From Neoconidiobolus thromboides FSU 785 (Eukaryota > Fungi > Entomophthoromycota), in contig MU626266.1 of the NCBI GenBank assembly GCA_025603075.1, forward strand, positions 62,001 to 126,000: DNA of 64,000 nt, read 5' to 3'. The notes beneath the pieces were generated by a model. The model was given only the letters and a program-made list of their open reading frames with translations. It was not told the DNA's origin and did no database searches. A program made the position numbers and the translations under genes. This document shows positions 1 through 13,507 of the stretch, in pieces. Position 1 is the stretch's first letter, and the number at the start of each line of letters is the position of its first letter.

Positions 1-555
1 TACTGTATTTATTTGTTGGTGAAATATCTGGTATTAACTAAACTTTGTATTAGTTTCAAATTTTAAATTTGGTTTTAAATTTACCTGAATGATTGAAGTA
101 AATAAGAAGAAAATATTGGCATAATTTGAAAACTGCTCAAATAAAAACTTTGGTAAAAAAGTCAATATATTATACTTTGATGTTGCTATTGAATTCTTCA
201 AAAAACCACTATTCATACTTCCATTATTTAAATAAATGTCTCTAGGTATACTAGGCCTTGGTCGATTAGCCAAATCCTTTAACGTCTGTATCATACCACT
301 AAACATGCTTTTGCTTGGTTTCTCATTTTTATATTCTTGTTCCGTATTGTTAATACCTCTATCATTGATAAGGTTTGTTGCTGACATCTCATATCCTTGA
401 TTTTCTACCGAACGTGAATTCCTTGAACCATCGGTATTGGTTGTGAATTCAGAAGACATGGAGGGGTGTTTGACGTTTAAATTATTTCTTGCCATATTTC
501 CAGTGTTTGCACTGGAAGCACTCAAGTCGTCAAAATCAGATTGAAAAGGATTCAC
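1..555 (-). CDS. DRS2: P4-type ATPase (DRS2/ATP8A-like phospholipid flippase), N-terminal part; runs off the left edge
   Basis: NSIATSKYNILTFLPKFLFEQFSNYANIFFLFTSIIQ is the conserved flippase N-terminal motif. An intron at 84..38 (GTAAAT...TTTAG) joins it to LIPDISPTNKYS. The GTG at 555 follows an acceptor (CTAAT...AAG), so the true start lies in an upstream exon (possible donor at 664). Confidence 0.85.
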
Positions 556-1530
556 TTTGAAAAATTAGTGGATTTAAAAGTTAGAGTTGGAATCCTAATA
601 TAGCTTAATAGTTCTCAATCCTTTAATTTAAAGGGAATGTTAAGCCACTTAAAATAGGTTTTACTTGCTTGTCTACCAAGAAATAATCGTTTGGCGGTTG
701 GACTTGAGTAGCCAATCATTATAGCCATTTCAAACGATTTTTCTGCTTCATAAATAATTTCACCGTACCTTGGGTTTTCTAATTTCTTTGTTATCAAATA
801 TTAGCAGCAATAGCAGAGCATTTTTCTATATTTGGTAAGCACAATGCTTTTTTATTGATTATGCTTAAGAAATATATTAATTTGTTATTTAACCCTCTCA
901 GTTACGAAAATAAATACAATATTGTTAGATAAAACCAGATAAAATATGTTTGTTTTTATTTATCTATTGAACAATAATAAATGTTATCAAGCAGGTATCG
1001 CTCTTAAAGATTACAAAGCTCATTCGCCTTTGTTTAGAAAATGATTTTTAATATTAATAATATATTTACTGTTAGTATCTAAATTAGATTTTAAATATAA
1101 TTATAGTAAGATTAAATTAGAAAGGGTAGAAAAAACCATCTATATTGATAACATGTTACAAATTATAAATTTGTAAGTATTCCCATTATTTATAGCTTTA
1201 ACAATAATAAAATCTTATATAATTTAGATTGTAGCTTAAAAAGGTAACTAATTTTAAATAATTTTACAAAAATTTCCTTTTTGCTATGAAAATGGATATC
1301 AATATTGAAATAAAAATAAGCTATTTTATTTAGCAATATAAATTAAAGCTTTCGGACTTAATAATAGGGATAAATATTGTGTCTAAGTATATGCTCTAGC
1401 ATTCACATTATTAAAAATAAGTTTAATTCTAAATCTTAAAGATTAAAGGTCCCATTTTTAAAAACTGATCCAAATTAAATAAAAAATTATAGCAGAGTTT
1501 ATAATTTACAAGATTGTTTTAATATAAAAA

Positions 1531-1924
1531 ATGAGTTTATTTAAACACGGTCTCTATAGAGTGAAAACAACAGAAATAACAAGGGGAGTATTTAATTTAA
1601 GAAGGTTACAAAGCAATAAAACTGAAGCCACTACAAATGAAGGTAATTTCATCACAATTAAATAATAATTAATTGGATAATTAATATTTAGTAGAAAAAA
1701 ATGTCAGACCAGCATCTTCAGTGCCACATGGAACCGTACTCAAAGGAATAAATTTTATGAAGGGAAAGAGCGATCCTATGGCTAAAGACGATAATGAATA
1801 TCCAGAATGGTTATGGACACTTTTAGATGCCAAAGTTAAAAATGATGATGTCTTTTCAAGAGAATATCAACGTAAAGTTAACAAGGATGCTATTAAAGCT
1901 AAGAACTTTTTAAAGAAACGTTAA
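1531..1924 (+). CDS. MRPL54: Mitochondrial ribosomal protein mL54 (MRPL54/MRPL37 family), 2 exons (1531-1642, 1692-1924)
   Basis: GTVLKGINFMKGKSDPMAKDDNEYPEWLWTLL motif; basic presequence-like exon 1; the GT-AG intron keeps the frame. Confidence 0.9.
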
Positions 1925-2091
1925 TAGTATTTATAAAAGAGAAAAAGAATAAAGTTTTCATTAGAATTAAATTTAAATTTCATTTAAATATTTTGAAACA
2001 GTTATAGATTTCAACAAGTTATTACAATCTTTATTTAAATAAACCACGCTACTCATTCAATTTAAATATTAAAATAATTAACATTAACCTA

Positions 2092-2462
2092 TCAATCTTT
2101 AACCTCTTCTTGATCAAATAACATTTTAGCTCTACTGATCACTTCATTCATGTACAATAACTCCTCAATACGTGCCAATTTTTTATCATCATTATTCAAG
2201 GCTTTTTTAAAGTCATCCAATTTTAAGCGTCTATTTTCTTTGTTTGAAAAGTCACACGCTTTGGAGCACACATCAAATAAAAAATCCATTAATATCCCTT
2301 CCATCACTTCTACACTTTCTTGTAATGGATATTCTACATCTCCACCACCATACATTAGAGTGGGTACTAAAGAAATAAGCCTTATTATGCGATTATTTTT
2401 ATATTGAATAATTAATTACTCTCTTTTCCAAAATGTAATCTTTTTGGTTGTCGGTTGTCCAT
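2092..2462 (-). CDS. TAF13: TFIID subunit TAF13 (histone-fold), 2 exons
   Basis: MYGGGDVEYPLQESVEVME...LKLDDFKKAL..D.KKLARIEELL matches the TFIID-18kDa family; ATG at 2462 with an intron before exon 2 (starts 2366). Confidence 0.85.
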
Positions 2463-2797
2463 TAGTTTTTTGATTAAAAAATTAAAGTTTGGAAGATTTT
2501 TTACTTTTTTTAACTGAGAATGTTTTTTTGTCACTAATAAATATAGATTCAATTTGTGTTTGATCAGGATAGAAATTTAATCTCTAATAAGGATTTGAAA
2601 ATGATTTTAGAAAAAAAAGAGAAATATTCATTGTTGAAGATTATAAATGTCAATGAAATCTCTATGAGCTTATCCATGTTAACATTGGAACCTTTCTTGG
2701 TACGTTATAAATCGTCTCATATATATCTGGTATAACTGATATAATAAAGGATAAAGAAGTAGTAAGCTTATAGTTTATACTTGAATCACTAATATTT

Positions 2798-2890
2798 AGA
2801 TATGTATTTTTGTGTTTAAGAATTACTAACAATTTTTCCGCCCAAATAGGGCTTAAAAATGGAAAAAGTAATGAAACCAAAAACACTCCC
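2798..2890 (+). mobile_element. ~97-bp MITE, copy 1
   Basis: Matches consensus GGGGATGTATTTTTGTGTTTAAGAATTTTACTAACAATTTTTCCGCTTAAATAGCGCTTAAAAAATGGAAAAAGTRATGAAGCCAAAAAAAACACTCCC; flanks ATTT/ATAT. Confidence 0.85.
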
Positions 2891-4032
2891 ATATAATATT
2901 GTAATATTGTATACTTAAGAAGCACTACTTTGATCCCAAGATATAGTTTTAAATATGAAGGATAACTCTAGTCGTAATTTTAATCTTGAATTCCTCAATT
3001 ATAGTCTAGTTCTATTATTTTGTTCCACGTTTATTCTTGTATATCTATTAGAGTTGTAATCATATAAATATTTAACGTATTCATGTAAAAGTTACAGCTA
3101 AATGGTTCTAATATAATAACACCTGTCAAATAATGAAATTTAAAACAACGCTATTTCTTATTTGGGAAAATCAGTCAATTTAGTAAAACCAATTTATCGT
3201 ATTTGGCATTCTTTGTTATCAACTAGCTAATACTATAGTTTTATTCGATGTAAGATATCAAGATATACTGATTAAACCGAGAATATACGTAACTCTTGGA
3301 ACAGCCTTAAAAATAGGTCAATAACTTAACACAAAGGCTGGTTTATAATATTAGTAAGAGTCATAAAGCTATACAATAGTCACAACATAGCTAGTTAGGA
3401 GTTATTTGGATACATTTTAGAGGACTGTTTAAAACAATTTATCAGAAAATATGATAAATGTATATATCAAAAGGTCAACTTGTATTTTGAAGCATATTTA
3501 CCACTATAAATTGGACTATAAAATCGATTTTTTTGTAAGAGTCCCAGGTTTAAAAGCAAATCCATCAAATATTTTTAAAGTTAATCCATGTTCTCATAGC
3601 TCACAACAATACAGTCTACTTTTTAGATAAATTGTGTTGTTATCAAAATAAAGCCCTTCTACTTAGAGCAAGTAAGAAAAGCATAATATTAAGCAGGTTT
3701 GTTTTGGATGCAAAACTTTTACAAAATTACTTTTTTCTATAATTCGATAGCTGTAGTTGAAAATTAGATCTGAGATGTTATTTTTGACTGGTTTCAAGTG
3801 GTAATAATGATAAAGATTAACAACTTTAAATTTAATACTTTAGATTTCTCCATTGTTATATAAAGCTCTGGTATTCTTATATTGCACTTTTAGCATAAAA
3901 CCCAGTATTTTGCTAATTGTATTATTATCCTATTTCAAACGTTCTATGTTTATTTATTACCAATTCATGTTAGAAAAAATGTGTACTATTGTTATAAAAT
4001 GTTTTATTAATTAAAAGAAACTGCAAATGAAT

Positions 4033-5427
4033 TTAATAACTCTTTTTCAAAAACGAGTTACTCCTTGTTAGAAACAGGGATACGTTTTCTGGATCTGTAA
4101 CGTCATCGTCGATATAAGTCAACTGAGTTCCAAATGAATCGATGAAACTTGTCTCCAGTATGGTACTTTTTTTTCCTGCCCAAATTACTTGTTTAATATA
4201 TTTAGGTGGTCTCAACTGTTTTTTCTTCCTACTTTTTTTCCTTAGATAATAAAAATACAACAACCCACTAACTATACCTATTAACCCTATAAAACCACCG
4301 ACTGATCCTCCAATAATAACTCCAATGTTTGTCTTTGTGTCTTTTTCTGGAGTATCTTTTGTATACTTTTCTGTCAACTCTTTGTTGCTTAACCGAATCA
4401 ATTGCGTTTTATTAGAATAGCTGTCTTTTTTACTACCAAAAGAATAAATCAAATACTTTTTGTAATAAACTAAACAACCATTGTCGTAAGATTCCAATCC
4501 ATCTATATTAAATTGATTATCAATTCTTATAGTTAAAGTTGTCATATTATAAACAACATTTCCATTTTTACTATCAGTGCCACCTAGTACGTATAACACT
4601 TCATTATTCTCTCCATAAACATATGAAAATTTAGATATAGTTGGAAAGTCATTAGCTCCACTAAATGTATTTGGACTGCTACTTTTAGCATCTATCGACC
4701 ATGTGTTGTAAGTTTTTCCATCTTGGTATTTCCCATTGCTTTTCGTGCCGCCAAAGTTTTGAATAGATGACTTTAAACACACTGCTGCGCCATCTACAGT
4801 AGCCGAATAGGATGTATCACTAGCTCTCCAAGCATTCTTTTCAATATTATAAATGTATATATTCTCGTTAAACTTCATAGTATTATCCTTTGATTTGTAT
4901 TTACCACTAAAATAATATAGTTCCTTAGTATTACTATTTTCATTCGAAGTCACAACATTAATCAAATAGGTATTTGATAATGGTGCATTACTAACATTAA
5001 TCTTGTTTTTAATTTGCTCTGAAAGTTCTTTTGATGCCTTTTCATTATTTTTCCATTTATTTGTCTTTACGTTGTATATTTGAAACCCTGCCGAAATATC
5101 TGAGCCTTCACCTCCAATCATATAAATTTCATCTGAGTCTTTGTCAGGTTGTATTATATTACCATACATTGAAGGAGGTCCTTCGCTATTGACTTTGGTC
5201 CATTTTGCTTGATCTTTGTTGATCATGAAATTTTCGTCTGATAAATCTAACACATATACGTCTTTACTCAATGATACTTTATTATCATTATCTTGTGTCG
5301 AGCCGCCTAAATAATAGACTTTATCCTTAACTAAGGCACAATTTCCACCTGATATCCTTGGGGCATTTTGAGCTGTATAACTAGAACTATAAATAAATAA
5401 GGAGGAGAATATTAACCAAATTAGCAT
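4033..5427 (-). CDS. Kelch/galactose-oxidase-like beta-propeller type I membrane protein, 464 aa, intronless
   Basis: N-terminal signal peptide, Kelch-like YYLGG, YMIGG, YYFSG, QNFGG and YVLGG blades, GVIIGGSVGG transmembrane helix followed by a basic RKKSRKKK stretch. Confidence 0.8.
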   Translation of the reverse strand: MLIWLIFSSLFIYSSSYTAQNAPRISGGNCALVKDKVYYLGGSTQDNDNKVSLSKDVYVLDLSDENFMINKDQAKWTKVNSEGPPSMYGNIIQPDKDSDEIYMIGGEGSDISAGFQIYNVKTNKWKNNEKASKELSEQIKNKINVSNAPLSNTYLINVVTSNENSNTKELYYFSGKYKSKDNTMKFNENIYIYNIEKNAWRASDTSYSATVDGAAVCLKSSIQNFGGTKSNGKYQDGKTYNTWSIDAKSSSPNTFSGANDFPTISKFSYVYGENNEVLYVLGGTDSKNGNVVYNMTTLTIRIDNQFNIDGLESYDNGCLVYYKKYLIYSFGSKKDSYSNKTQLIRLSNKELTEKYTKDTPEKDTKTNIGVIIGGSVGGFIGLIGIVSGLLYFYYLRKKSRKKKQLRPPKYIKQVIWAGKKSTILETSFIDSFGTQLTYIDDDVTDPENVSLFLTRSNSFLKKSY

Positions 5428-5915
5428 AATGAACTTGGCTATTAAAAAGTTTATTCAATTTCTAGAATCAGATCTATAAACAAGATTAATAAATGTTACA
5501 CTAAGATACTTTGATTCTAAATTAACCTGGTTATCTTTAGAATCCCAATTTTCATTTTAAAAGAATAATTCAATTAGAAGTTACTCTATTGGATTTTTGA
5601 GTTTTAAGGTTTAAATTTTATAAACACGATTGGTTCTTATTGAAGTTTTGATGATTTTAGTGTTTTACTGTAAATTTATAAACTTGATATATAACTATTT
5701 ATAACAAAATAACTTCGAAATAACTTTGATACAACTCTACATTTTTTATTATGTAATGGGTTAAATTTTCTTAGTATGTAATTACACTCAATATAAATGC
5801 TCAATAATCATGCTGTTAATTTAGTCAATATACTAAAAGCTGTAAGCCATCATAATATTCCTCATTTATTAAATATTTGTACAACTTATTTTTTCAAAAC
5901 CTATTGATTCAATAT

Positions 5916-6010
5916 AGGAATGTTTTTTTATTTCATCACTTTTTCGATTTTTAAGCACTATTTGAGTGAAAAATTGTTAGTAAAATTGTTAAATATCAAA
6001 TTGCATTCTT
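5916..6010 (-). mobile_element. ~97-bp MITE, copy 2
   Basis: Reverse complement of the consensus; TSD ATAT/ATAT. Confidence 0.8.
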
Positions 6011-7352
6011 ATATACTATAATAACATGAGGCTATTGATTACTTATTATAAAAATTGTTGTTAGCTCTAATTTTTCTGATTCATTTAACAAAACTAACTG
6101 ATATTTTATGACGATTTGAAATATATCAAAAAGCACAGGAATTAAGAGTTGCTGCTAGATTTGTGATAAACTTGTAACAATGATTATTTTTTAGAATTTG
6201 ATTTCATATTATTTATAGTATTATGATTGATATTTATAGCTAAAGACATGAAAATAAGCTTAAATGCCAAGATAATTTTATTATTAGGAAGTAGTATATA
6301 TGAATAAATAATTGTAGCAAATATAGATTAATGATTAAAAAATAAACGACTTTAATATAGTAACAATTGAGTTTATTTATAATCAAATAATAATCTATTT
6401 AAAGTGCAAAATTTGAACATAAAATTTCAAACCTATTTTTAGCTTCTAAGATTATTTAAAAATAGATTGATTATCGGAGAATTACCTTGTTCCAGAATCA
6501 ATGTGGTCTTGGGCAATTTTTTTCGCTTTAAATAAAATTTCTGACAACTTGTGCCTTAATTCTAAATAATAGTTATAAGAAAATTAACCCCGGTTTGTTT
6601 AAATAATTTTAATTTTAATTTAACAGTGACGGACTTCTTAAGAGCAAAAATATTAGAATAGATCCTTTATATACTATTATAATTGAATTACCTGAGAATA
6701 ACTTTAGTTATACATCTGTGAAATAAAAACAAAGCAATCAATTGGATTAAAGATGATTTAATTTATAAGCTTTGGATCAAGGAGACTGATATTAATATGT
6801 TAACCACTTTTGAAAATTATTATTTGAAAAATCATTTATTTTTAGAGGTTTTAATTACCATAAATTAGAAACTAATTGGCTACATTAATAAAGCAATGAA
6901 TTGAACTATTTAATTGGTTGGACCTCGATTAAGTTCTAATTCTTTAAGAAAGTCAGAAACCAAGAATCACTTGAATTTTATCTAAATTTAGGAATCCCTC
7001 TAAGTGGTGAATCTATTTTTACAACTAGGTAATCCCGTAGAAAATTTAATAAGGAGTAATTATTTAAATAAAAGTAAAAATAATTTAATTAAGGCCTTAA
7101 GTTCTTTTTCTTGTAAATAACTTTAAAAAAGAGAGAAACTTTAGCATCTTTAATATATATTCCTTTTGCTAATTAATATAGATTCTCTTAGTTTTTAATA
7201 TAGTATATTATAATTTAATTTTTTATCAACTATTTTAAATCTATTCTATTCGTTATTTGCTATAAGGTGATATTCAATAACTCAATTTAATAAATAAGAA
7301 AACTAACCTTTACTATTCTTAGTTAATTTAAATATTTCAACAATCTATTAAT

Positions 7353-10300
7353 ATGGGTGACTCGTATCCAGACCAAGGTGACTTACTTCACCTTTCAAGC
7401 GATGATAGTGGAAGTATTGCTAGTTATCTTTTAAACCGTTTAGACCAGCAAGACACCCCTTATAGTTCCATTGGAAACTCTGTATTAATAAACTTAAACC
7501 CTGGAAAGGCATTGCAAATTTACAATGACGATATCGCTGAATTACACGCTGAACAAGGGTATAAAAATTTTGATGACTCTTTTGAACCCCTACCCCCACA
7601 TATTTTTGGCTTAGCTACTAAAGCTTACCTCCACCTCAGGCGCCTTGGTGAAGATCAGAGTTTTGTATTTTGGTATTTACATATATTTATTATTATTAAG
7701 ATAAAAACTAACTTCTTCTTAGTGGAGCAACCAACAGTGGGAAAAGCGAAAATTATAAACTAGTATTAAGCCAACTATGCCGTTTAGCAGCCAACCCTAA
7801 AAAACCATCTAAAATCGATGAACAATTAGCTAATCTTGGTACTGTGATGGAAGCTTTTGGAAACGCAGCTACCATTCACAACAAAAATTCAACCCGATTT
7901 GGTAAATTTCAAGAAATCCAATTCAATGCTCGTGGTCGTATCATTGGTATCAAGACTTTAACTTACTTCCTTGATAAATCAAGAGTAGTACAAACGCCAA
8001 CTGGCGAAAGATCTTTCCATGTATTTTATCAACTCCTTCATGGTGCTTCTGCTGAAGAAAGAGAAGCTTTATATTTAGGTCCACCTAGTACTCAAAACTT
8101 CAGTTATCTCATAAACTCGGGAAATAATTTAATTACGTCTCATGATGATAAGGCTAACTTTGGTCATTTAACGGAGTCAATGAAAGGTGTTGGATTAAAG
8201 AGTAAAGCTCGTGCTAAGATCTTCCAAACGATAGCTTCCATCTTACATTTGGGTAACTTGAACTTTGTTAAACATTCTGAAGGCGAGACATGTGCCGTTT
8301 CAAACGCAGATGTGCTTGATGTTGTATCTGATCTCCTTGGAGTTGAACCTCAAGATTTGGAAACTGCTTTAACTGCTCGATCTCAAATGGTCGGTAAAGA
8401 GTTATGTACTGTTTTCTTAGATGTCGGTCAAGCCCAAGGTCTACGTGATCTTCTCTCAACCTTATTGTATTCTCTGCTCTTCTCATGGATCATCGAAGCT
8501 GTCAATTCTCGTTTTTGTGAAGAGGAACCAGCTAATTTCATTGCTCTGTTAGATCAATTTGGTTTTCAATCTTATCAAACTAATTTCTTTGAACAATTTT
8601 GTATCAATTTCTCCAATGAAAGAATTCACCAATTTACCATTGAAAGACTAATTTCTCCACATCACGGATTTAAAGTTGCTTTAATGCAAGATGGTATCCA
8701 ACTTCCTGTAACCTCTGTTCCTAAGTTTATCTCAGCAGGTACCCTTTTAGCAGGTGAAGATGGCGAAACCGGTTTAGTAAAAGCTATCAATCAACATTCT
8801 GGAAAAACTGAAGCTCGTAGAACTGATGATAAATTACTTTCCTCTCTTCGTCGTTCTTTTGGAGATTTCCCAGAATTTATTTCAGAACCAAATAATACTT
8901 CCAGTTTCACCATTCGTCACTTTGCAGGTAGTGTGGATTACACTTTAGACGATTTCATTGAAGTCAATCTTGATGGAATTCCACCTGATTTTGTTACTTT
9001 ATTCCGTAATCCAGATGGTACAAATGCTTCAGGAAATGCATTCATTGGGGAACTTTTTAGTTCTGAAGCAGTACAAACTCAAAGCCATCCTCAAAATCAA
9101 CGTACTATTGTATCTGCACAACAACCAACTGCCCCAATGCGTCAACCATCAAGAAAACATAAAAAGAAACCATCGGAAGGTAATACCGAAGAAGGTTCTT
9201 CTAAAGTTAATACTATCCTTAAACAGATAAACTATACGCTTAATGATTTGTTTGCTACTCTTGATGATACTCGTATTTGGACGGTTATCAATATTGCTCC
9301 ATTTGACAGTGAACCTGGTCATCTTATGCCAAGTTATAACCTTTCTAAAGTTGCTCACCAAGTTGAGAGTTTTTCATTGCCATTATTGATGGATCACCTA
9401 GGGCTTGATTTTGGTAATCATTTTACCTATGAGGAGTTTATTGAAAGATATGAGTTGGTAGCACGCTCAATGAATTTAGATCCAAACCGCTCACCAAGAC
9501 AACAAGTGGAATCTTTTGCTACCATTTCAGGATGGGCTTCTGGAACTGAGTTTGTTTTAGGAAATAGTAAAATATTTATCAATGAATCGAAATGGAAAGA
9601 TTTGGAAGACTCATTAAGAGTTTCTTTACGTGATGTTAAATCCGGTGCTATTTCTACTCCAAAACCTGGATTCTTAGGAAATGATGATAACGATTCATTA
9701 TACTCAGGATATGACGGTGGTAATGTTGGTAGATTAGGATATAACATTGAAAGTGTTTATGTTGATGACGTAAACAATAATGTTCATCGCGCTGTTGGTG
9801 AATCAATAAATCAAGGGTATGGTCACTATGGTGAAAAAGAATTACCAATATCAAAAGACATCTCTGATGGTGTTAATGAAAAAGGACAAGGCCATGAACT
9901 TTCGAACTTAGGCGAAGTTAAAGCTAAGAAACCAAAAAAAGTAGAAGAAATTAAACTTTCTCCTACTAGAAAACGTTGGGTAAAACTTACTTGGATGCTT
10001 ACTTGGATGATCCCTACTTGTTGTATGGCAAGATGTGGTATCACTCGACCAGACGTACAAATGGCATGGAGAGAAAAAGTGGCCATCTGTATCCTTATTG
10101 TTTGGTCATGGATTGTTATTTTATTTGTTAATATTGGATTGGGTCTAATCTTATGTCCTCCAAATCCTGGTCATGAAGTTGCTGAACTTCAAGTAACTCG
10201 TCCAGATAAGAAAAGCGTTGTTGTTTATATGTATGGAAATGAGTATGAAGTTAGAGATTATTTCAATGGTGCTCACGGAGTAAGTACTAATAGACCTCAA

Positions 10301-12808
10301 GGTTACGCCTTTAGTGATGAAATTCAACCTATAATTGAAAGGTTGAACCAAGACATAATCGACCTTTTTCCTAAGGATGTTGGACTGTATTGTAGTAATA
10401 CCAAGAGTAATAAAGCCCTTTATTTGCCTTTTAACAAAACAGAAGATGACCTCCGTCTTGACCCTCCTCAACGACACCAACTTGGTAGTTACGATGATAT
10501 CAAAAGGGTCATGGGTAGACTTAAACCATTTATACGTGGTTCAGTATTCCATGACATGGAGCGTATTGCCGGTGCTACAAGAAACGGAACTGGAAACTAT
10601 GGGGTAATTAATGGAAAAGTGTATGAACTCTCTCCATATTTTAGATACCTTGCAGATCCGTTTTCAGGACAAGGCCTTAAAGCAGATGAAAAACTATTCC
10701 TCCCAGTTGAGCTTACCAACCGGTTTAACGATACATCTATTAAAAAGGGTGAAACGGTTGACTTTACAGAAACATTTAACAGAGTCGCTGGAACTAGTGG
10801 CAATTATAGAAATGAATTATTGCTTTGTTTAGATAACATATTTTATGTTGGTACAGTAGATATAAGTAAATCCCCCCGTTGTCTAGTTACAAACTATATT
10901 TTGATTGCTTCTAGTGGTATTGTAATTTTAGTTACGTTGATCAAATTCTTTGCAGCTTTACAATTTGGTGGTAAAAGAGTGCCCATGGAATATGATAAAT
11001 TTGTTATTATGCAAGTTCCGTGTTATACAGAAGGTGATGATTCTATTAAAAAGACATTAGAATCTTTAGCGTTAACGGATTATGATGATAAGCATAAACT
11101 GTTATTTGTGATATCGGATGGTATGCTTATAGGTAGTGGTAACGATAAACCTACTCCACGTATTGTTTGTGATGTACTTGGCGTTGATCCAGAGCATGAT
11201 CCAGAGCCTTTTGCCTTTCAATCGGTAGCTGAAGGTTCCAAGCAGTTGAATTATGGTAAGGTGTTTTCTGGCCTTTATGAATGTGAAGGCAGACAAGTAC
11301 CTTACATTGTTGTTGCTAAAGTTGGTAGTCCATCTGAGAAATCGCGCCCTGGTAATCGTGGTAAACGTGATTCCCAAATTGTATTGATGAATTTCTTAAA
11401 TCGTGTTCACTTTGATTCACCAATGGCCCCATTAGAATTAGAGATTTATCATCAAATGAAAAATGTTATTGGCGTTGACCCTAAACTTTATGAGTTTATT
11501 CTTATGGTGGACGCAGATACTGAGGTAATGGAAGACTCAATGACCCGATTAATCTCAGTAATGATTAGAGATTCAGCTATCATGGGATTATGTGGTGAAA
11601 CTAAGTTATCTAATGAGAATGACAGTATGACGACTATGATTCAAGTTTACGAATATTATATTTCCCATCATCTTGCTAAAGCTTTTGAGTCTTTGTTCGG
11701 TTCAGTAACTTGTTTGCCAGGTTGTTTCTCAATGTATCGTATTCGTACTGTAAGTGGCAAACCACTTATTATCAATAATGGTATTATTAGTGATTATTCT
11801 GTAAATCGAGTTGATACCTTACATACCAAGAATCTGCTACATTTAGGTGAAGATCGTTATTTGACTACTCTAATGTTAAAACATTTCCCTCAATATAAGC
11901 TTAAGTTTACCCCTGATGCTCAATGTAAAACTGTAGCGCCTGATCAATTCGAAGTTTTAATGTCTCAACGTCGTAGATGGATTAATTCAACAATTCACAA
12001 TTTATTTGAGTTGGTATTTTTAGAGCAAATGTGTGGATTCTGTTGTTTCTCAATGAGATTTGTTGTATTTTTAGATTTGGTTGGTACCATTATTTTACCA
12101 TCAACTGTCATCTATTTAGTTTATATTATTATCGCTGCTTCGGTTAAATTTCAAACCTTTGATAACTATGCAATTGTTATGATGGTAGCCTCTTATGTAC
12201 TTCAAGCGCTTATCTTCTTACTTAAACTCCAATGGCAACATATTGGTTGGATGATTTTCTATATCTTTGGTATTCCTTTCTTTTCATTTTACTTACCAAT
12301 CTACTCTTACTGGCACTTTGATGATTTCTCATGGGGTAATACTCGTGTTGTCGTTGGTGATGGTGTCCAAAAAGTGATAACTGAAGATGAAGAAGAATTT
12401 GATCCAGATTCTATCCCAATGATGAAATGGTCTGATTATGAGCAAAAGCTTTGGGAAACCGGTTCCCAAGGCTCAGGTTCCTCGAATCAACCTTTAGCTA
12501 TGGCTCCTCAAGTAGGTTATGGCCATAGTAATGGAGACTTTATAGGCGGCTTAAATCCTAATTTGTATGGACGCGCTTCTCCTACGCCTTCCCAAGGCCT
12601 TTTATCTAGAGTCGCTTCCCCTTCGCCTTATCAAAATCAACAACCTGGATCAAACAATTCATTAAATAGAATGACACAAATGTCTTATCAAGTACCTCCT
12701 AATCAACAGTATGGTGGCGGGGGCTACCTTCATCCAATGAGCCAAGATCCAAGAGCGTCTCAATTTAATAACGCTTATTCAACTCAGGGTTATAACCAAA
12801 AACAGTAA
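7353..12808 (+). CDS. Chitin synthase with N-terminal myosin motor-like domain (class V type), 2 exons (7353-7672, 7723-12808), ~1801 aa
   Basis: After splicing: P-loop GATNSGKS, EAFGNA..NKNSTRFGK, cytochrome-b5-like segments, GNRGKRDSQ, MVDADT, CLPGCF, LGEDRYLT, QRRRW and C-terminal transmembrane helices. Confidence 0.95.
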
Positions 12809-13507
12809 ATATGATTGACTATATTAACTGCTAATTGTTATAATTGAAACTGTTTGTAAAATCAACCATCTCTTATTATATTTTCATTCATTTGAATAAA
12901 TTGTTTTAATATTAAATTAAGTATTATGCCATTTTTATAAAGTTTATTTTTTTAAATTGAAAGACCCAAAAGAGCACTCATAATTTACTTATGAGCGAAA
13001 AATTAGGAGAAAATAGTCCAAATATTAAAGGTGAAAGGTAATCAAAAAATTATTATAAAGGGAGTATTTCTAGTTTAAGAACCCCCTATTTTAAACTGAG
13101 ATCAGTTGTATTAAACTGGTTCTAGTTCAGCTATATTCAGGTTAGGTCAAACATGAAAAGCATCACATTTATGTCTATTGAATTTGATATCTTAAAACAT
13201 TGTCTTTATAATTTTATTATAAAACGATAAAAAAAAATGACTTGTCATTTATTAGCACAAGATTCAATTAAATATTGTAATTTTTCAAAAAAAAGCTTAT
13301 AAAAATTTAAAGAAAAATATGGAAATTATATTTCAGTCAAATCAAGGAATTGAGTATTTAATTTTATAACAAGTATTTTAATTTTATAACAAATATTTTA
13401 ATTGATTAAAATTGATAGTCACAAAACATTCAAAAAATTTCGATAGTGTTTAAACTTACACTCAAAAAAACTCAATCTGTTATTTCTTTAACATATTAAA
13501 AAAATCG

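Noticed and set aside
615-797. Independent 60-aa protein
   Set aside because: It has a TTG start and no motif; it is more likely the first exon or 5' UTR of the P4-ATPase.
8268-11377. Short alternative-frame and antisense ORFs within the chitin synthase gene
   Set aside because: They are shadows of a long, relatively GC-rich CDS and have no recognisable motifs.
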